10,639 nt of DNA from Promethearchaeota archaeon (GTDB lineage Archaea; Asgardarchaeota; Lokiarchaeia; Sigyniarchaeales; SOKP01), in contig RDOE01000100.1 of NCBI GenBank assembly GCA_011364975.1, forward strand, positions 1 through 10,639, read 5' to 3'. Below are positions 6,878 to 10,639 of this stretch, piece after piece (the first letter of the stretch is position 1; every line of letters starts with the position of its first letter). The notes beneath the pieces were generated by a model, which saw only the letters and a program-made list of their open reading frames with translations, searched no databases and had not been told where the DNA came from. The translations under genes were made by a program, and so were the position numbers.

Positions 6878-8167
6878 TTAGTTATTCTTAAGTAGTAAAT
6901 CTAAGATTCTACTTTTAGCACTTTCTGCCATTGTTTTCATCCTTTGAATATCATGTCTTGATTCAAGATAGTGAAAATTGAAAAACATTTTTCCTCTCAT
7001 GGTATAAACTAAAACTGTAATTGCTCCCATCGCAAAGGAAATGGCTCCATAAAATGAGTCTATCGAAAAATTTTTAGAATCTAATTCAATACCCATACGA
7101 TCCAGAGAACCCAAATTCGTAATTGCAAAAGCTTCTTGATGACTAGCTATTTCTAAAAATAAAGGTGCTAAGTCTTTTAGAATCTTAATTGGAACCCCAG
7201 TATGAACCATTTTATGAATCTTATAGACTTTTTTATCCCGTAAGGATAAACGTAATTTTCTTTGATATTTTTTAGCATTCGACCAGAAATCATAATTCTC
7301 TTTGTATTTCATCTTTACCACGGCTCCACTAGCGTATAAACCAAAAGCTTCACCAATTGGATAACTTAATCTCTCTCTAAGATTAACAGGGTTATTTATT
7401 ATAGAAATATCTGGTAAAAAAGCAGTGCAAACTACACTATGAACTGAAACTTCTTTCTGTTTACACAGTTGAATAAGCAGGTCAGTTTCATCTCTAGATA
7501 AGTTCCATGAAAGTAATCTAAGATCATCTTCTTTATAATCAATATCATGAAGGATCTCTTTTTTCTTTTTACCATATTTAAGAAAATAATAAATTCCTAA
7601 GAATAGTAATAGTATTTTGGTACGAAAAGCTGAATTTGGGATTTTCTTTCTAATTTTTGGAGGAAAAATATCTTCTTCGCTCATTGGTGAATTCAATGGT
7701 GTTACTTCAATATCGGGATTATTTAGAAATTCAACAAGATCTCTAGTTAAGAGAGCCATAGATAAACCATCAGTAATAGTATGTTGAGCACAAAGTATAA
7801 CATCATTTTGTTCTAAAGAGTGTAGGAGAGTGACACGGAAAAGAGGTTGGTTAGGATCGCCCATATCGAAAGGTTTTTCCAAATTTTTAAGAAAGAATTT
7901 AGAAGTTTTTGAATCATTTTCAAATTCAGCAGTTTCAATAGGGATGTCCCCTACATCTTTTGAGGTAAACCAGTATGTACCCATATCATCAGCCTCAATC
8001 CTGGCTTTCAATAATGGATGCTTTTCTTGAGCTTTACGTAGAGCTATTTTTAATTCATTATTTGAGAGAGAGCCTGTAATATGGAGCACTATAACTAAAT
8101 TATAAGGTTGTCCGAGAGAAAGGTTCAAATATTCTAAATCGTTAAGCTTTCTTTTCATGAGAATCAT
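6878..8167 (-). CDS. Stand-alone condensation-domain / CoA-dependent acyltransferase (PapA5/alcohol acyltransferase-like)
   Basis: 429 aa with KHPLLKARI, PFDM...PLFRVTLL, catalytic HTITDG (HxxxDG), PVNLRERL and ITNLG. The start may be ATG 8158 (MKRKL). Confidence 0.88.
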   Translation of the reverse strand: MILMKRKLNDLEYLNLSLGQPYNLVIVLHITGSLSNNELKIALRKAQEKHPLLKARIEADDMGTYWFTSKDVGDIPIETAEFENDSKTSKFFLKNLEKPFDMGDPNQPLFRVTLLHSLEQNDVILCAQHTITDGLSMALLTRDLVEFLNNPDIEVTPLNSPMSEEDIFPPKIRKKIPNSAFRTKILLLFLGIYYFLKYGKKKKEILHDIDYKEDDLRLLSWNLSRDETDLLIQLCKQKEVSVHSVVCTAFLPDISIINNPVNLRERLSYPIGEAFGLYASGAVVKMKYKENYDFWSNAKKYQRKLRLSLRDKKVYKIHKMVHTGVPIKILKDLAPLFLEIASHQEAFAITNLGSLDRMGIELDSKNFSIDSFYGAISFAMGAITVLVYTMRGKMFFNFHYLESRHDIQRMKTMAESAKSRILDLLLKNN

Positions 8168-8199
8168 ATAGTTATTGTTTCCTTCTTTCTCTAATTAAG

Positions 8200-8367
8200 T
8201 TATCTTTTATTAGGTTTAAGTTTTGCTTTTGTTCTTTTTTCTTTCAGATCCTGGGCATCTTTTTCATTGCTAATAATTCTAAAAATATTTGGTTTCTTTC
8301 CACTTTCTTTGAAAGCTTTATCTAATTCCTCATCTAAATCATCATCTGAATACTCTCTTTCATTCAT
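8200..8367 (-). CDS. Small highly charged hypothetical protein (55 aa; not in ORF track)
   Basis: ATG 8367 to TAA 8200: MNEREYSDDDLDEELDKAFKESGKKPNIFRIISNEKDAQDLKEKRTKAKLKPNKR. Purine-rich coding-like strand; ends 32 nt before the acyltransferase start; AAAAA-TTTATAG promoter-like tract at about 8437-8450. Confidence 0.6.
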   Translation of the reverse strand: MNEREYSDDDLDEELDKAFKESGKKPNIFRIISNEKDAQDLKEKRTKAKLKPNKR

Positions 8368-8547
8368 AAAATAAACTAAAAAAGTGTAAATTATATCTTT
8401 TTTCTATGAATTCCAAATATGTATCGATAGATAAAGCTATAAATTTTTTTTTTCCCTTGGATTAATTTGTAAAGATCTTTAAATAAACAAAGTAACATTA
8501 TAAAATTGTATATTTTGAGATAAAATATAATAATTTAGGTATAAGGA

Positions 8548-9264
8548 TTGAAATTAAAACATTTTAAATTTGTTCTATTAGTGCTAACCAGCCTTCTTTT
8601 GGGATTAAATTGGTTAAGAATGGGGAAAGCAGATGTAACATATACTACAATTGAAACTTTAGAAGATTATTGTTGTATAGATGATTCTTATGTTAATCAG
8701 AGTAGTCCTGATGATAATTATGGAGATTTGATATTCTGGTCTCTTGAACATTCGACATCTAATTGGATGATGACTTACTTTAAATTTAATTTAACTAATA
8801 AACCGAACAACACAATAAATTCCGAGGTAATTTTGTCATTGACTCCGTATTTTGATAGAACTATAGCTCCTATGTTTGTTTCAAATAATTCTTGGACCGA
8901 GGAATCAATAACTTGGAACAATCAACCCCCTATTAGTATGGAATATTTGCCTTTTGAAATAGTTATGGACATTGGAGAAATGGAAATAAATTGCCATATT
9001 AATATTTCTGATTATCTCTCTTCTGAAATGATTTCTTTTTTAATAATTAGTCCTACTGAGGAGGATGGATCCAGATTAGGGTATTCTAAGGAATACGTTG
9101 ATGCTAAATTTAGACCTAAAATAGTTTGGACATATGAGTTGGAACATTTGATTAAGGAACCCTATGATTTGATAGGAAATTTAATTGTAGGATCAATAGG
9201 ATTCGGGGTTGGATTTATCTTGACTTCTGTTTTATTTATTAAATTAAGAAGAAGAAAAAAGTAA
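8548..9264 (+). CDS. Secreted, C-terminally anchored DNRLRE/CBM96-like domain protein
   Basis: Signal peptide (MKLKHFKFVLLVLTSLLLG...GKA), DSYVNQSSPDDNYG, YFKFNL, WTEESITWNNQP, RPKIVWTY, then a C-terminal TM helix and basic tail KLRRRKK. Sequons NQS, NLT, NNT, NNS, NIS. Confidence 0.82.
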   Translation: MKLKHFKFVLLVLTSLLLGLNWLRMGKADVTYTTIETLEDYCCIDDSYVNQSSPDDNYGDLIFWSLEHSTSNWMMTYFKFNLTNKPNNTINSEVILSLTPYFDRTIAPMFVSNNSWTEESITWNNQPPISMEYLPFEIVMDIGEMEINCHINISDYLSSEMISFLIISPTEEDGSRLGYSKEYVDAKFRPKIVWTYELEHLIKEPYDLIGNLIVGSIGFGVGFILTSVLFIKLRRRKK

Positions 9265-9466
9265 AAATAAAAGAATTAATTAGTTTTTTTCAATTTTTAT
9301 TATTTACCCTATTATCTTTTAGCCAAGGTAATTTATTTATTAAATCTAAGATGTTATGCAAATATAAGATCTAATTACAGTTTTAGATTAAGATTCTATT
9401 GCAAAATATCCATCAAACATTTTTTCACGAAATTTTCATTGAAATTAGACTCTGAATTACCTTTCC

Positions 9467-9492
9467 ATCCCAATTTAATTTGAAATTGGGAT
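9467..9492. terminator. Perfect 10-bp stem hairpin between convergent genes
   Basis: ATCCCAATTT (9467-9476), 6-nt loop AATTTG, AAATTGGGAT (9483-9492). Confidence 0.45.
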
Positions 9493-9565
9493 AAAATTTG
9501 AGGGTGAATCCATTCTGACTTTTAATCCCAAGGGATTTGTCGAACAAGTTTAGCTTGACATCGGA

Positions 9566-10084
9566 TTACCCTACTCTACCGGGGTAAGCTACTTTACTAA
9601 ATGGCCAGTCTGTGTTGATCCAATCCCTTACAGTATGAAACAAAATATCATCCAATCCTTTCTTGTATTCGGTTTGACGTACCCACATGTAGACTACGGC
9701 ATCTGCGCCGGTTCTTTTACAATATTCAACAAATTCCGGGATATGGCTATATTTCTGGGGTGGATTGATATAGATACAGCCAAGAACTTTGGTTTCGTCT
9801 AGTGATACAACCGTGTAGGCAAAAGCTTTTCGATCGAGAAACTCTTGTTGGTGATTTTCCAGGTCGATGAGATTTTCTTCAATAGTGAATCCAGTTCTCG
9901 GCCAAGAACTACCAAACATGCCATGGAGAAGCTCCCGACTTTCGATAACTGCTTCATAATCCTTTTCAACATCGTCTATGGACAGCATTCGAAGGCGAAA
10001 AAGGTCTGTCTCGAGCAAGGTAGGAATTTTAAAATCATCTGGTAAGAATTTTTTTGTATTCATTGATTCTTTCTTTTCTATCAT
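9566..10084 (-). CDS. GNAT-fold N-acetyltransferase-like protein
   Basis: FLPDDFKIP..LET..FRLRML...DVEKDYEAV, WP, DLENHQQEF..RKAFAYTV, VLGCIYINP, VYMWVR, DWPF..VAYPGR: a recognisable RimJ/GNAT-like family. Alternative start ATG 10063. Confidence 0.82.
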   Translation of the reverse strand: MIEKKESMNTKKFLPDDFKIPTLLETDLFRLRMLSIDDVEKDYEAVIESRELLHGMFGSSWPRTGFTIEENLIDLENHQQEFLDRKAFAYTVVSLDETKVLGCIYINPPQKYSHIPEFVEYCKRTGADAVVYMWVRQTEYKKGLDDILFHTVRDWINTDWPFSKVAYPGRVG

Positions 10085-10113
10085 CTTCAGAATTATATAG
10101 GATGTTTTAATTC

Positions 10114-10126
10114 ATATAAATTTTTT
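10114..10126 (-). promoter_or_regulatory. Putative BRE/TATA promoter of the GNAT gene
   Basis: Minus strand AAAAAA-TTTATAT, 30 nt upstream of ATG 10084, which would give a near-leaderless transcript. Confidence 0.45.
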
Positions 10127-10309
10127 ATTAAATACAAAATTTACAATTTGTTTTACTCTTTCAACAAAAATTTTCATTTCGTATGTTTTCGTCTTTTATT
10201 GTGAAAACAATTATTTTTCTCCTAATTTGGAGCAAAGATCATAATTCTTAAATAAAAAATCAACCCAATATTCTTAAGTTAAAAGATATAAAATTTTGAG
10301 GATATTAAA

Positions 10310-10639
10310 ATGAAATCAAATCGAAAAACAAAATCATTGATCCTAATACTTTTAGGACTCCTTTTTGCTTTATCACCCATAATAAACAATAGTCTCAATT
10401 TTAATGGGGAAAATAACGACAGTAGCAATTTAGACAATGAAGATCTAAAAATCTCAGCTGTATCGGGAAGAATTCATATTGATAATAATTGGACATATAC
10501 AGCGGGTAACTACACGTGGTGTACAGGATCAGGAACGTATCCGGACCCCTACATCATACAGGATTTGGTAATAGATGGTGGAGGTTCGGGGAGTTGCATC
10601 TGGATTGAGAATTCTACCGTGTACTTTAGGATTGAGAAT
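10310..10639 (+). CDS. Secreted right-handed parallel beta-helix (NosD/CASH-like) surface protein, N-terminal part (runs off the window end; not in ORF track)
   Basis: ATG 10310, open for 110 codons: MKSNRKTKSLILILLGLLFALSPIINNSLNFNGENNDSSNLDNEDLKISAVSGRIHIDNNWTYTAGNYTWCTGSGTYPDPYIIQDLVIDGGGSGSCIWIENSTVYFRIEN. Signal peptide plus the GSGT..DPYII..L.IDG...I.I.N...YF.I.N cap typical of archaeal beta-helix proteins. RBS-like GAGG upstream. Confidence 0.9.
   Translation, partial: MKSNRKTKSLILILLGLLFALSPIINNSLNFNGENNDSSNLDNEDLKISAVSGRIHIDNNWTYTAGNYTWCTGSGTYPDPYIIQDLVIDGGGSGSCIWIENSTVYFRIEN

Noticed and set aside
7830-8030. 66-aa plus-strand ORF
   Set aside because: Antisense to the acyltransferase; no independent support.
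9845-10045. 66-aa plus-strand ORF
   Set aside because: Antisense to the GNAT gene; no independent support.
1-10639. CRISPR array, tRNA/rRNA, transposase or integrase
   Set aside because: No regularly spaced repeats, cloverleaf-like GC-rich segment or mobile-element ORF seen by eye; tRNAscan-SE/Infernal were not run.

Overview
AT-rich archaeal-type window, most likely from a Lokiarchaeia/Promethearchaeota (Asgard) genome. That assignment is inferred from the N-terminus of the 3'-end beta-helix surface protein, the GPH-type MFS transporter and TATA/BRE-like promoters. It is a mosaic of mostly single genes in alternating orientation. In order: a 5'-truncated-by-window secreted protein (- strand, missed by the ORF track), a VOC/glyoxalase protein, a YgiD/DODA-type dioxygenase, a C2H2-type Zn-binding microprotein, a GPH/MelB-like MFS transporter, a divergent AbfD (4-hydroxybutyryl-CoA dehydratase)-like Fe-S flavoprotein, a DUF3795 Cys-rich protein, an HxxxDG condensation/PapA5-like acyltransferase, a DNRLRE/CBM96 membrane-anchored protein, a GNAT-like protein, and a partial NosD-like beta-helix surface protein. 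I saw no tRNA, rRNA, CRISPR array or IS element. The best unannotated signals surround the acyltransferase: an unlisted 55-aa ORF just upstream, and a 52-codon FAD-binding Rossmann (GxGxxG) relic that continues in frame immediately after its TAA stop. The sequence alone does not establish a coherent new multi-gene system.
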